Below are positions 36,192-46,615 of a stretch of DNA of 64,000 nt, in pieces. The position numbers and the translations under genes were made by a program. How positions within the stretch are numbered: position 1 is the first letter of the stretch; every line of letters starts with the position of its first letter. The notes under the pieces are model-generated. The model had not been told where the DNA came from, did no database searches, and was given only the letters and a program-made list of their open reading frames with translations. Source of the DNA: an uncultured candidate division Zixibacteria bacterium (GTDB lineage Bacteria > Zixibacteria > MSB-5A5 > GN15 > FEB-12); the NCBI GenBank assembly GCA_963664195.1, contig OY760907.1, positions 3,648,001 to 3,712,000 on the forward strand, written 5' to 3'.

Positions 36192-39163
36192 GGCCCGTCG
36201 CCCCCCTGCTGCCGATACGCCTCAAGCTGCCTCATCAGGTCATTAAGTGCTGCCCTGATCTGATGGTCCTGCGGGTTAGCCTGCACCCACGTCTGCAGCG
36301 CGGAGACCATGGCCGGCATGTTCCGTTGCGCGATATAGAGGGCCATCAGCTCATCAAGACCGTCACGGAAGCTACTGTGTTTTTCAAGGATCGCTATGCA
36401 GAGTCTCTCAGCGGCAGGCTCGTCTCCGGCTACTCGATACGCCCTCGCCAGCGACAACTCAAGCCTCGGGTTCAAAACACCCTCCTGCGACTCAATCAGT
36501 CGTGCTACTGCCGCAGTATCCCCCTGCACCGACAGTTGCTTCGACAAATGGATAACGGCTTCATCGGCATACGGTATCTTACCTATTATGTACTCCAGCG
36601 CCCCCTCCGATTCCTCCATTTGATCCTTGCGAATCAAACCGTTGGACAACAACAACACAGCATTGGCGACATTACTCGTCAACCGCAGGGTTGCCTCATC
36701 CTGATAAACACCGGGATCGTTCCAACCGCGATACTTGAACTTATTCGGATTCGTGAAGAGTTCCAGGCTGGCATCCGTGTCGACGCGCACATCAGATACA
36801 GTGTCGGTGAGACTGTGTACGAGTCCCTTCATCATCAACAAGCTGTCGAGACTCTGACGTTCAAACATACGAGCACTTCCGGGACAGGTAAACGAGAAGT
36901 TCACTGGCACATCCCGACCGTTGTGACGAATGACCGCATCCCGCACCTGATCCTGTACCCGGTAAACGCCGCCGTCCGGGAAACGATACGGGCGAAGGTC
37001 CTCGATCTGCTCGTCGGACCAACCAAGACTCAGCCCCAGGTTGGTCCGTATCTGCTTCGTGTACCAATCAGTATTCGATAGCGCCAGGTTTATGTTCTTC
37101 ACGTCCGGGCGGATTCCGTACACCTCCTGCAGACACCAGATGGGAAAAGTATCGTTGTCGCCACAGGTAAACAGCACCGCGTTTTCATCGCACGATAACA
37201 AGAGATTGTAGGTGTAATCGTACGGGATGTAGTTCTCGGATCGGTCGCAATAGTAGTAATTCCCCTGGACGGCATAAACCGGAAGGAGAAACGGTACTAG
37301 ACCACAGGCGAGAATAACCTTGCGCGGCCCCGGACTGAATCTCCGCACCGAATCTCTGAGGAATTGCGCCAGCACGACAATCCCCATCCCGATAGCCAAA
37401 CCCATCAGCATGAAACCGGGTGTGAAGAAGTAATCGCGATCACGAACCTCGAGGTAATCTCCCCCCTGAGGCGTCATGCGCGTACCGTCGGCGAAGTTCA
37501 TATACAACACCAGCCCTGCAGTCGTCAGCAGCATGAGAATCAGCAACACCGTCCCCATTTCCGGCCGTCGACGCACCGTTTCCCACAGGCCGAACACACC
37601 TAGAATGAACAAGAGCAGAAATCCCCATCCCTGTACACCGAACTGTTCTTCTAGAAAACCCCAGAACCCCATGCGACGATGATCGCCGAATTGGTTTTCC
37701 CACTCTGACCGTCGCTCAAACATCCGCTCGATCATCCCCTGGGAACCGTACTGCTTGCGCTCGATGAAGTTGATCGTCGCCGCTAGAGATTGCGACGGGT
37801 TATTTTCGTTAATCGACGGGTGCAGAGAAGACCTGATCGGCAGCGTCAGATGAACCGAGTATCCCGCCGCCGCAACCAGGATCAGCAGCACGGCCGTCTT
37901 CCACCCCCGAGCCTTCCAGACGGTCCCCCAGAGCGAGATCACCGCCAGTGCGATAAGACTGCCGTAGAAATACTCGCGTACGCCGAGGATCACCATCGAA
38001 GTCGCCAACAACGCGAGCAATATCGGCAGTCGGAGATGCCTCCACGTGTACATACCGATAACCGCTACCAACACGGCAGACAGGAAAAGAAAGGCGTGAT
38101 ACCCTCTCATCCCGCTCACCGTGACCAGGCACAGAAGGCCAGCAGCTAGAATGAACAGCGCGCTCACCAGATCGTGTGGCTCAGGTACCGAGTTTGGCCT
38201 GCTGCTACGATTCGTCAACCATCGATAGCCCACATATGCGGCATACAGGACAAGACCCGCAAACGCAACCACGGACACATAGGTTGCGACAGGATAGTCG
38301 ATCCCACGCAACGCCGCCGCCAGTGGCAGACAGGCGAATAGAAACGCCAGCCCCACGTACACCAGCGATCTCGGGATTTCATCGAAAGACATGATATAGA
38401 AGACGTAGAAGACAAACACGATCAATATCGGCAGCCAGTACGGAATCTCCCCCGGCCGCGAAGACAGCGCAAAGATCAGAAATAACTCGATCACAAACAA
38501 CGCAGCTATCAAGGCCCACACGCGAAGCGGCCCGCTTTTCTTCACCACGAACATCACCGCACAAACCGGAAGCGCTACAAACGTGGTCATGTGAACACCG
38601 ATTCCAAGAAATCCGATGTACACAACAAGCAGCAGCAGTTTGTCACCGAAGGTCGTCTCTCTGTGTTCATAGTACACCAGGGTCAGCCAGACCATTCCCA
38701 GCAGGAGCATCATCGACATTCCGTAGACCTCGGCCTCTACCGAATTGGACCACTGCGTCCGGCCAAAAGCCAGGAAGAACGCTCCAGCGGCAGCCCCGGC
38801 GTACACGAGGATGCGACTGTACAGTGATTTGTCGCCCGCAAACCAGCCTCGCACCACTCTGACAGCAATCAGATAACCAAACATAGCGGCGATTGAGGAC
38901 GACAGCGACGACAGAAAATTGACCCTCGCGCAAATGTCAGTAAAAAAGGGAATGATCGAAAACACGCGCCCCATGAGCAGGTACATCGGCGTGCCCGGCG
39001 GATGTGGAATGCCCAGCGTATAGCAGGCGGCAATGAATTCACCGCAATCCCAGAAAGAGAGCGTCGGCGCCTTCGTTAGAAGATAGACCACCAGAACCGA
39101 CACCCAGACGGCAAGTGCCACCAGAGCGTTGGTTCGATCAAATCCGCGAGGCAGTCTGTTCAT
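36188..39163 (-). CDS. DUF2723 (TMEM260-like) polytopic membrane protein with TPR-like C-terminus
   Basis: PTLSFWDCGEF...LGIPHPPGTP, EAEVY, RDRDYFF, GDNDTFPIW..QEV. Confidence 0.88.
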   Translation of the reverse strand: MNRLPRGFDRTNALVALAVWVSVLVVYLLTKAPTLSFWDCGEFIAACYTLGIPHPPGTPMYLLMGRVFSIIPFFTDICARVNFLSSLSSSIAAMFGYLIAVRVVRGWFAGDKSLYSRILVYAGAAAGAFFLAFGRTQWSNSVEAEVYGMSMMLLLGMVWLTLVYYEHRETTFGDKLLLLVVYIGFLGIGVHMTTFVALPVCAVMFVVKKSGPLRVWALIAALFVIELFLIFALSSRPGEIPYWLPILIVFVFYVFYIMSFDEIPRSLVYVGLAFLFACLPLAAALRGIDYPVATYVSVVAFAGLVLYAAYVGYRWLTNRSSRPNSVPEPHDLVSALFILAAGLLCLVTVSGMRGYHAFLFLSAVLVAVIGMYTWRHLRLPILLALLATSMVILGVREYFYGSLIALAVISLWGTVWKARGWKTAVLLILVAAAGYSVHLTLPIRSSLHPSINENNPSQSLAATINFIERKQYGSQGMIERMFERRSEWENQFGDHRRMGFWGFLEEQFGVQGWGFLLLFILGVFGLWETVRRRPEMGTVLLILMLLTTAGLVLYMNFADGTRMTPQGGDYLEVRDRDYFFTPGFMLMGLAIGMGIVVLAQFLRDSVRRFSPGPRKVILACGLVPFLLPVYAVQGNYYYCDRSENYIPYDYTYNLLLSCDENAVLFTCGDNDTFPIWCLQEVYGIRPDVKNINLALSNTDWYTKQIRTNLGLSLGWSDEQIEDLRPYRFPDGGVYRVQDQVRDAVIRHNGRDVPVNFSFTCPGSARMFERQSLDSLLMMKGLVHSLTDTVSDVRVDTDASLELFTNPNKFKYRGWNDPGVYQDEATLRLTSNVANAVLLLSNGLIRKDQMEESEGALEYIIGKIPYADEAVIHLSKQLSVQGDTAAVARLIESQEGVLNPRLELSLARAYRVAGDEPAAERLCIAILEKHSSFRDGLDELMALYIAQRNMPAMVSALQTWVQANPQDHQIRAALNDLMRQLEAYRQQGGDGP

Positions 39164-39341
39164 TACTTGTTGCGTACGTTTGCCTTCTCTCTACTGCGAC
39201 TGAGTTCAGTTCCCGGCCAAAATACAAAGAAGCCGCCAATATAACAGGTTCAAGAATCAACTCCAAGCCTGTTCTGGCGGCCTCGATCACCGCGCCTCTC
39301 GCCGAATAATCGGGCCGGCTAAAACACCGACCCGATTACTC

Positions 39342-39767
39342 TTATACTTTCATCGGGCTGGTTGGGTCCTTAACGAAGCTATCCAATATCCCGTTAATGA
39401 ACTTCGAGGACTCAGAAGTCGAGTACAACTTGGCCATCTCAATGGCCTCATTCAACACGACTTTCACTGGTACATCCGGCGACTCCAGTAATTCCGTCAT
39501 CGCAATTCGCATGATGATGCGGTCGATCACGGCTATTCGCTCAAGAATCCAGTTTTTAGCAAACCGGGTTATGGCCGCATCCGTAATCTCACGTTTCTCA
39601 CGCACTTTACGGTATAGACCGCGGGCAAACTCCAGGGAGTCGTGGCTCAGTTCGCGATCGACGAGAATCTTCTCCAACACTTCCGCCGGGGGAATCTCAC
39701 CAATTTCCTCAGCATACAGCCCTTTCAAAACCAATTCCCGTGCGATACGACGTGAGTTCTCAGCCAT
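39342..39767 (-). CDS. nusB: Transcription antitermination factor NusB
   Basis: RRIARE, W.LERIAVIDR.I.R, VVLNEAIEMAK.YS, FINGILD. Confidence 0.95.
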   Translation of the reverse strand: MAENSRRIARELVLKGLYAEEIGEIPPAEVLEKILVDRELSHDSLEFARGLYRKVREKREITDAAITRFAKNWILERIAVIDRIIMRIAMTELLESPDVPVKVVLNEAIEMAKLYSTSESSKFINGILDSFVKDPTSPMKV

Positions 39768-39768
39768 A

Positions 39769-40239
39769 TTAACCTATCGCGCGATAGAGATTGACCATCT
39801 CAATCGCGGCCTCGGCTGCGTCCCAGCCTTTGTTGCCGGCCTTGGTGCCTGCGCGTTCAATTGCCTGTTCCAGAGTATCTGCCGTAATAACGCCAAACAC
39901 GACAGGAATCTTCGCGGTCATTCCCAGACGCCCGATCCCCTTGGCTGCTTCACCGGCCACATAGTCAAAATGCGGCGTATGTCCCCGCACGACAGCGCCG
40001 AGACAAATAACGGCATCAAACTTTCCGCTGTCGACCAAGCGCGAGGCTGTCGGCGTCAACTCAAAAGCCCCCGGTACCCAGGCCACCGCCTGCTCGTTTT
40101 CCACGGCACCGTGACGCACGAGGCAGTCAAGCGCCCCCTCAACCAGCTTGTCAGTCAGGAAACTGTTGAACCGGCTCACCACCACGCCAATCTTCAGGCC
40201 GGAGGCGTCCAGTTTTCCTTCAAATCTCTTTACATCCAT
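39769..40239 (-). CDS. ribH: 6,7-dimethyl-8-ribityllumazine synthase
   Basis: [32 protein letters not shown]. Confidence 0.97.
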   Translation of the reverse strand: MDVKRFEGKLDASGLKIGVVVSRFNSFLTDKLVEGALDCLVRHGAVENEQAVAWVPGAFELTPTASRLVDSGKFDAVICLGAVVRGHTPHFDYVAGEAAKGIGRLGMTAKIPVVFGVITADTLEQAIERAGTKAGNKGWDAAEAAIEMVNLYRAIG

Positions 40240-40257
40240 TTCAACCCCTATCTCCGT

Positions 40258-41469
40258 TTAGAGCGACAACAGGTGCCCCATCTTGTCACGTTTCGTTTCC
40301 AGATACCGTTGGTTAGCTGCACACTCGCCGATCTGAAGCGGCACACGCTCAGTAATCTCGAGATTGTATCCTTCAAGACCGATGACCTTTTTGGGATTGT
40401 TCGTCAACAGGCGGATAGTCGTGAGACCAAGATCGGTCAGAATCTGCGCCCCCACACCGTAGTCGCGAAGGTCTGCCTCGAATCCCAACTCCTCGTTCGC
40501 CTCGACCGTGTCACGGCCGGCATCCTGCAACTTGTACGCGAGAATCTTGTTGGCCAGGCCAATGCCCCGGCCTTCCTGACGCATATACACTACCACTCCC
40601 GCACCCTCGGCCTCGACACGGCGCATGGCTTCGTGCAACTGCGGTCCGCAGTCGCAGCGCATGGAGCCGAGAACATCGCCCGTCAAACAGCTTGAGTGGA
40701 CCCGCACCAGGACGTTTTCTTTGCCCTTGACGTCCCCCTTGACAAGCGCCAGATGATGGTGATCGTCCACCTCAGACTTGTAGGAGTGTAGAGTGAAATG
40801 ACCGAACTTGGTCGGGAAATCGACGCTAGCCACGCAGTCCACCAGATGCTCGGTCTTCCGACGGTACGAGATCAGGTCCTGCACCGTGACCAACTTCAAT
40901 CCGTGCTCGGCGGCGAACTTGCGAAGGCGCGGCACGCGGGCCATGGTACCGTCGTCGTCCATGATCTCGCATAGCACACCCACCGGTCTGCGACCGGCCA
41001 ATCGAGCGAGGTCCGTCGAGGCTTCGGTGTGTCCGGCGCGAGTCAGCACGCCACCCTTAAGTGCCTTTAGCGGGAAGATGTGCCCCGGACGACCAAGCTC
41101 TTCGGGCTTGCTGTCAGGGTCCGCAAGCGTCTGGACCGTTATTGAACGATCATAGGCGGAAATGCCGGTCGTAGTACCGTTGACTGCATCGACCGAAACG
41201 GTGAATCGGGTCTCGTGAAGACCGGTGTTATTCTGCACCATCTGATCAAGCTGCAATCTTTCCAGGTCCGCTTCGACCATCGGGACACAAATAAGACCAC
41301 GACCGTACGTGGCGAAAAAATTGATTGCTTCGGGAGTAATTGCGTCGGCGGCCATAATCAGGTCGCCCTCGTTTTCACGGTCTTCGTCGTCAACAACAAC
41401 GATGAATTTCCCCTGACGGATATCTTCTATCGCTTCGGGAATGGTATTGAATTCGTCTTCTGCCAGCAT
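40258..41469 (-). CDS. ribBA: Bifunctional DHBP synthase/GTP cyclohydrolase II
   Basis: [48 protein letters not shown]. Confidence 0.97.
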   Translation of the reverse strand: MLAEDEFNTIPEAIEDIRQGKFIVVVDDEDRENEGDLIMAADAITPEAINFFATYGRGLICVPMVEADLERLQLDQMVQNNTGLHETRFTVSVDAVNGTTTGISAYDRSITVQTLADPDSKPEELGRPGHIFPLKALKGGVLTRAGHTEASTDLARLAGRRPVGVLCEIMDDDGTMARVPRLRKFAAEHGLKLVTVQDLISYRRKTEHLVDCVASVDFPTKFGHFTLHSYKSEVDDHHHLALVKGDVKGKENVLVRVHSSCLTGDVLGSMRCDCGPQLHEAMRRVEAEGAGVVVYMRQEGRGIGLANKILAYKLQDAGRDTVEANEELGFEADLRDYGVGAQILTDLGLTTIRLLTNNPKKVIGLEGYNLEITERVPLQIGECAANQRYLETKRDKMGHLLSL

Positions 41470-41470
41470 A

Positions 41471-42106
41471 TCACCATCCGCTTTCAATGATTGAATCCAC
41501 GGTAACGCCGGTCTTGGAACCGGCCTGTCTCATTTTCAGAATGTATTTGCCAATAAGGTCAAATTCTAAGTTTACGGCCGTCCCCGGGCGAACGGCATCG
41601 AGCGTCGTTTGCCCCGCAGTATGCGGGATGAGATTCACCGAAAACCAGCCTGAGCGACACTTGTTCACGGTGAGCGACACGCCGTTAATCGCAATCGAGC
41701 CTTTTTCGATCACGAGTTGATCGTAGTCAGCGTCATGCTTTATTGCCAGTTCCAGCGACTCGCCAACCGGCTTGAGATAGTCCACCGACCCGGCACAATC
41801 AATATGCCCCGAAACGAAATGCCCTCCCAGCCTGCTGCCTACTCGCAGTGCACGCTCAAGATTCAGTTTAGCTCCAACCTTGTACGTGCCGAGAATCGTA
41901 TGCTCGGCAGTCTCCTGAGAGGCCTCGACCGTAAAAAAATCGTCGGTCTTGCTGACAACCGTCAGGCAGACGCCGTCGCATGCAATTGATTCACCGATTT
42001 CGATTTCCTTCGACGGAATCGAAGATGCCACGGACAGCACAACGTAGTTGCCTCTCTCACTCACTGCGGAAAGCGTTCCCACCGTCTCTATCAATCCGGT
42101 GAACAT
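41471..42106 (-). CDS. ribE: Riboflavin synthase alpha chain
   Basis: MFTGLIE N-terminus, [23 protein letters not shown]. Confidence 0.97.
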   Translation of the reverse strand: MFTGLIETVGTLSAVSERGNYVVLSVASSIPSKEIEIGESIACDGVCLTVVSKTDDFFTVEASQETAEHTILGTYKVGAKLNLERALRVGSRLGGHFVSGHIDCAGSVDYLKPVGESLELAIKHDADYDQLVIEKGSIAINGVSLTVNKCRSGWFSVNLIPHTAGQTTLDAVRPGTAVNLEFDLIGKYILKMRQAGSKTGVTVDSIIESGW

Positions 42107-43212
42107 CAGTTGCCCCTCCGTTTCGGATATCCGGTCACGAGCATATCACCATCGAGATTCTGAGTGGTAACGCCAGCCAATTCAAGGCTCGCGGCCATCT
42201 TACGAACTCCTAAGTCGCCAATCGCCTCAATCCCTTTCCCAAGAATCTTCGGCGCAATGAAAATCATATACTTGTCAACCAGACGTGCCTTTATGAACGC
42301 CGTCGCCAACTCCGAGCCACCTTCCACAAGCAACGACCGCAGACCGAAATCACCCGCCTTCTTGAGCAGGTCCTTGATATTGAGACTGCCGTCACGATTC
42401 TGCTTTACCGTCCAATACGTTAGTCCGTTGCCACTGCGTCGTTTCGCCAGTCGCCCGACTGCCTCCGCAGAGGATGCAATCACCGTACGGTGGTCATCGT
42501 TGTTCTTGAGTAAATTGCACTGCCGGGGGAATTTCGCCGAGGACGTAACGACCACCCGATACGGGCTCGTCCCCTTGACGGCCCGAACCGTCAGCGACGG
42601 ATTGTCGGCGCGCACCGTACCGGCACCGACAAGGACAGCGTCGACTTCGGAGCGAGTCTTGTGTACGAGCTTGCGTGACTTCTCCGAAGTTATCCATTTC
42701 GAGTCACCGGAGGTTGTGGCAATACGGCCGTCGAGCGTCTGGGCCAGCTTGAGCGTGACGTGCGGTCGACCGTTGCGATGATACGCGTAGTAAGCGTCGT
42801 TCAGTTTTTCAGCCTCAGCCTTGAGCACTCCCGACATTACTTTGATGCCGGCATCGCGAAGCTGTTTTGCGCCGCCGCCGTTGACAATCGGATTGGGGTC
42901 TGACGAGGCGAACACGACCTCGGCCACTCCGGCCTTGATCAATGCCTGGCTGCACGGGCCAGTTCTGCCGGTGTGACAGCAGGGTTCGAGGGTGACATAG
43001 ATCGTGGCCCCGGTGGCTTTCTTGCCGGCTTTTTTGAGCGCAACGATTTCCGCATGGTCCCCGCCTGCTTTGCGATGATACCCCTCGGCGATGACGCGAC
43101 CGTTCTTGACTATCACCGCACCGACCATCGGATTGGGACTGGTGGTGCCCCGACCTTTTTCGGCCAGTTCTAGCGCTCTTGCCATGTATGTCTTGCCGGA
43201 ATTCGCGGCCAC
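42106..43212 (-). CDS. ribD: Bifunctional riboflavin deaminase/reductase
   Basis: PNPMVGAVIV, HAE, TLEPCCHTGRTGPC, TLDGRIA, DNPSLTVR, VEGG. Start probably GTG 43212 or ATG 43185, because the longer ORF overlaps the attenuator. Confidence 0.95.
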   Translation of the reverse strand: MAANSGKTYMARALELAEKGRGTTSPNPMVGAVIVKNGRVIAEGYHRKAGGDHAEIVALKKAGKKATGATIYVTLEPCCHTGRTGPCSQALIKAGVAEVVFASSDPNPIVNGGGAKQLRDAGIKVMSGVLKAEAEKLNDAYYAYHRNGRPHVTLKLAQTLDGRIATTSGDSKWITSEKSRKLVHKTRSEVDAVLVGAGTVRADNPSLTVRAVKGTSPYRVVVTSSAKFPRQCNLLKNNDDHRTVIASSAEAVGRLAKRRSGNGLTYWTVKQNRDGSLNIKDLLKKAGDFGLRSLLVEGGSELATAFIKARLVDKYMIFIAPKILGKGIEAIGDLGVRKMAASLELAGVTTQNLDGDMLVTGYPKRRGN

Positions 43213-43240
43213 AAAAAAACCCTCGATTATCATCGGGGGT
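43213..43240 (-). terminator. Riboswitch expression-platform terminator
   Basis: Minus strand ACCCCCGAT-GATA-ATCGAGGGT followed by a T run, directly before ribD. Confidence 0.7.
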
Positions 43241-43291
43241 GACGGGCAGAATCTGAGCAGTCGTCCCAGTGTGACTGACACACGGGTAGCC

Positions 43292-43410
43292 GTTCTTCTA
43301 CCATCCGGACTTTAACCGTCGGCACCTGGATTACACAGGTTCAACCAGCGTTATGCTGGCTCGCGGGCTTTAACCGCCGGTCGAGGAATTACACCTCGCC
43401 CCGAAGAATT
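43292..43410 (-). ncRNA. FMN riboswitch (RFN element)
   Basis: Minus strand TTCTTCGGGGCGAGGTGTAATTCCTCGACCGGCGGTTAAAGCCCGCGAG...CCGACGGTTAAAGTCCGGATGGTAGAAGAA upstream of ribD. Confidence 0.95.
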
Positions 43411-43494
43411 CGTTCTGTGAATATAACAGGTTACCGAAAAATGGCAACCTTTTTCCGGTCGTTGCAGAAAGCAGTTTTTGCAGCGTTTCTCTTC

Positions 43495-43522
43495 GTAGGG
43501 CAGGTCTGTCTTCAGACCTGCC
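43495..43522 (+). repeat. GTAG-type REP-like palindrome
   Basis: GTAG followed by GGCAGGTCTG-TCTT-CAGACCTGCC, a perfect 10-bp stem. Confidence 0.6.
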
Positions 43523-43585
43523 GGAAAAGATCACACCCAAAGGGTTTGATCATGTTGTGGGCTGCGTACATCCTCGTCTGTCCCG

Positions 43586-43701
43586 GCCTGTCGAAGTGTG
43601 CACCCTATCCGAATAAGCCACGCAACCAGACGAGTCTGTGAGCCTGTCGAAGTGTGCACCCTATCTTGATGAGTCACGCTGAGCCTGTCGAAGTGTGGAC
43701 C
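43586..43701. repeat. Three direct copies of GCCTGTCGAAGTGTG(C/G)ACC
   Basis: Copies start at 43586, 43642 and 43683; the first two are identical over 24 bp; spacing is 56 then 41 bp. Confidence 0.8.
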
Positions 43702-43960
43702 TTACAGATTCTTGCGCCTTGGTACCCCACAGCTTGCGGTGCGAAACAGATTACACTCCCTGACTATAATAGCCAGTCCATGCCATTTTTTCTTGCCCTT
43801 GCATCGACTCTTAAGTATGCTACCAAAGCACTACGGGGAATTTTACCAGGATAAAACTCACAGGCAGAGGAATCCTAAGACCACCGCTTGCTCTGCCCTC
43901 ATAGTATGATGTGTCACGACGCAGTGGCATGCTTACTCATTGGAAAGAGGTTGGATTGGT

Positions 43961-44152
43961 ATGGCACACAGCGACATAGTAACAGAAATACTCGAAAAGA
44001 CTGTGGATGATTATGAGGAGGGGTGTGACGGCGCTACTCTATCCGCAACTGCTCTGAGAGAGGGAATCGCGAGCGGAAAGCTCGAGGATGCCGAGTGGGT
44101 GCTATCTGTCCTGGAATCGGACTCGACACCTGTGGGCGTTGAGGGGGACTAA
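43961..44152 (+). CDS. Small acidic hypothetical protein immediately upstream of the ATPase
   Basis: MAHSDIVTEIL... 63 aa; its 3' end provides the GAGGGGG RBS for the next gene, which starts after a 2-bp gap. Confidence 0.55.
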   Translation: MAHSDIVTEILEKTVDDYEEGCDGATLSATALREGIASGKLEDAEWVLSVLESDSTPVGVEGD

Positions 44153-44154
44153 AA

Positions 44155-46605
44155 GTGAAGATAAAACGCTTGGAGATATCCAACTTTCGAGGAATCAAAA
44201 ATCTCGCCCTGGATCTAGACTACATGAATGCAGTAGTTTGGGGACCGAACGGCTCAGGAAAAAGCGCGGTGGTGGATGCGATTGACTTTGTACTAACTGG
44301 CAAAATCCTCAGATTAGAAGGCGAGGCCACTCGTGCGGTAGCACTCGGAAAGCACGGCCCGCACATAGACCACGTTGGATCTCCGCGATCGGCGACGGTT
44401 ACGGCTTGCGTCAGCATTCCGGGCACAGAAGATGAGGTGGTTATCTCACGAAATGTTGGCTCGCCAGACCAACTGGAGGTCCATGGGGCAGACGGGAGCG
44501 TGGTGCAGGACATCACCGATCTCGCGTCTACTGGACAACACTCCTTGTCGCGACGGGAAATCCTCAAGTACATCGCGGCGCCAGATGGCAAGCGCTCTTC
44601 TGAAGTCCAACGCATTCTTGGACTAGACAACCTTGAGAGTACGCGAAAGGCACTGGGGAAAGCATCTCGTCAGGCCACAGACAGATTCAAGCGCGCGGAG
44701 ATGGCTCTGAAGTCACAAGAGCAACGACTTCAGACCAACCTTGACCTGGATGAGTTTTCGCCGGAGGGTGTCCTAAGTACCGCCAATACTCACCGAAAGC
44801 AGCTCGGAGCCAAACCACTCGACAGAATCGCGCCCGCCGCGACAAAGCGCGGTTGCCAGAATCCCGGAACTAGCAATGGCAAAGATCGCGTAAATCCGCA
44901 GCTTCTGGAAAAAGCAACAAAAGCAGTCCAAAATGTATCAGCTGACGAAGTCAAGAAGCTCTCTGTAGTGGACAAGAAACTCCGCCAGCTAGTCGAGGCG
45001 ATCCTCGCGGATACATCGGCGATTACCGCTGACAAAAGGATCCAGATTCTCGAGGCAGGTATTGAGATGCTAGACGAATCGGGAGAATGCCCTCTATGTG
45101 GTCACATATGGACTCCCGAAGAACTCGAGACAACTCTCTCCGGTCGGCTTGACAAGGCCCGAACTAATGCTCCTATGCTTGAGAAGATATCCTCATTTGC
45201 ACAGACGATCACTTTGGAATTGACGAAGCGAAGGGACTCATTGACTGAGGTCCTCGAGGCAACCGAAAGACTGGACATGCCAAGTGAAGGCACGATAGTA
45301 AGAAAGAGGATTGAGACACTCGATAGTCTTGAGAAGTGCTGTGCCAGCCCAATAGAGACATACTTGGACTCGGATGTTAACTTCGACACGGTCTTTGGCG
45401 AGGACACGGAGCTGTTTGACGCCTGCAAAGCGACACTGAAAAAGGCATCTGAGAATAGCCCAAAAACGTCGCCAGAACAAACTGCCTGGGATACGTTAAC
45501 GAAGATGGAGACCTTGTTGCCAGAGTACTTGTCCGCGACACTGGAGATCAACATTGCCACCGCGGTGAAATCAAAGGCTGAGACGCTGAACAAGAGTTTC
45601 AAGGAGGCTCGAGAAACCAAGCTTAACACCTTGTACGACTCGATAAAGGACAGATTCACTGACCTGTACAGGTTTCTCCACGCTGACGATGAAGGGGAGT
45701 TCTCAGCAACTCTCTCGGCCACCGGCAAGTTCACGGTCGACTTCTACGGCAGGGGACAGCACCCGCCGCTGGCGCTTCACAGCGAAGGTCATCAAGACAG
45801 CATGGGGCTCTGTCTGTACCTTGCCCTGGCGGAGCGCCTCACAGCAGGCAAGTGTAGGCTTACCGTACTGGACGACGTCGTGATGTCTGTCGATGCAACA
45901 CACCGTCGTCAAGCTTGCATAATGCTGAAGGAGTTCTTTCCCGACAGGCAGTTTCTAATAACGACCCACGACCGCACCTGGGCCGGACAGCTTCGGTCGG
46001 AGGGCATCGCAACGCGTGCGCGCACGTTCCAATTCTATCGATGGAGTGTCGACACAGGCCCTTCACTCGTCTTTGACACTGATCTCTGGTCAAACATCGA
46101 GAAGGACTTCCAGCAGGACGATGTGAGCGCCGCAGCCGCCAGACTTCGCCGCGGTGCAGAGAGTTTCTTCGAATGCCTCTGCGACCGACTAGGCGCCGCG
46201 GTCCGCTACAAAACTAGCGGACTCTGGGAGTTGGGCGACTTCATGAGCGGTGCGAGGCACGAAATGAAGAAACTGATTGGCAAGGCTAAAGCAGCTGAAT
46301 CAGTCTACAATCGCCCGGGGATCATAGACAGTATCTGTGACTTCGATCGAAAGTGGAAGGACATAGTGAAACGTACAGGGAGTGAACAATGGGCGGTAAA
46401 CGCGGCCGTGCACTACAACAACTGGCATGCACTAGAAGCTGAGGACTTGAAACCGATCGTAGCTGCGTTTCTGGAGTGTTTCACTCTGTTGTGGTGCAAC
46501 CGTTGCGACTCCCTTCTTCGAGTGAGTTTTCTGGATGGCGAGCCCACAACTCTGAGTTGCAGCTGCGGCACGTTCCTATGGAATCTCCGAACTCAGAAGC
46601 GCTAA
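44155..46605 (+). CDS. Rad50/SMC-like ABC ATPase with zinc hook and C-terminal extension (RloC-like architecture)
   Basis: RLEISNFRGI, Walker A GPNGSGKS, central CPLCG, signature HSEGH, Walker B LDDVVMSVD, ITTHD, about 200-aa tail ending CxxC...CxC. Confidence 0.85.
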   Translation: MKIKRLEISNFRGIKNLALDLDYMNAVVWGPNGSGKSAVVDAIDFVLTGKILRLEGEATRAVALGKHGPHIDHVGSPRSATVTACVSIPGTEDEVVISRNVGSPDQLEVHGADGSVVQDITDLASTGQHSLSRREILKYIAAPDGKRSSEVQRILGLDNLESTRKALGKASRQATDRFKRAEMALKSQEQRLQTNLDLDEFSPEGVLSTANTHRKQLGAKPLDRIAPAATKRGCQNPGTSNGKDRVNPQLLEKATKAVQNVSADEVKKLSVVDKKLRQLVEAILADTSAITADKRIQILEAGIEMLDESGECPLCGHIWTPEELETTLSGRLDKARTNAPMLEKISSFAQTITLELTKRRDSLTEVLEATERLDMPSEGTIVRKRIETLDSLEKCCASPIETYLDSDVNFDTVFGEDTELFDACKATLKKASENSPKTSPEQTAWDTLTKMETLLPEYLSATLEINIATAVKSKAETLNKSFKEARETKLNTLYDSIKDRFTDLYRFLHADDEGEFSATLSATGKFTVDFYGRGQHPPLALHSEGHQDSMGLCLYLALAERLTAGKCRLTVLDDVVMSVDATHRRQACIMLKEFFPDRQFLITTHDRTWAGQLRSEGIATRARTFQFYRWSVDTGPSLVFDTDLWSNIEKDFQQDDVSAAAARLRRGAESFFECLCDRLGAAVRYKTSGLWELGDFMSGARHEMKKLIGKAKAAESVYNRPGIIDSICDFDRKWKDIVKRTGSEQWAVNAAVHYNNWHALEAEDLKPIVAAFLECFTLLWCNRCDSLLRVSFLDGEPTTLSCSCGTFLWNLRTQKR

Positions 46606-46615
46606 TAGCCCCCAC

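Noticed and set aside
39397..40695. 432-aa plus-strand ORF
   Set aside because: Antisense shadow of nusB/ribH/ribBA with no protein motifs.
43586..43701. Possible mini-CRISPR array
   Set aside because: Only three copies with unequal spacers (32 and 17 bp), a degenerate third copy and no cas genes in the window. REP-like repeats fit better.
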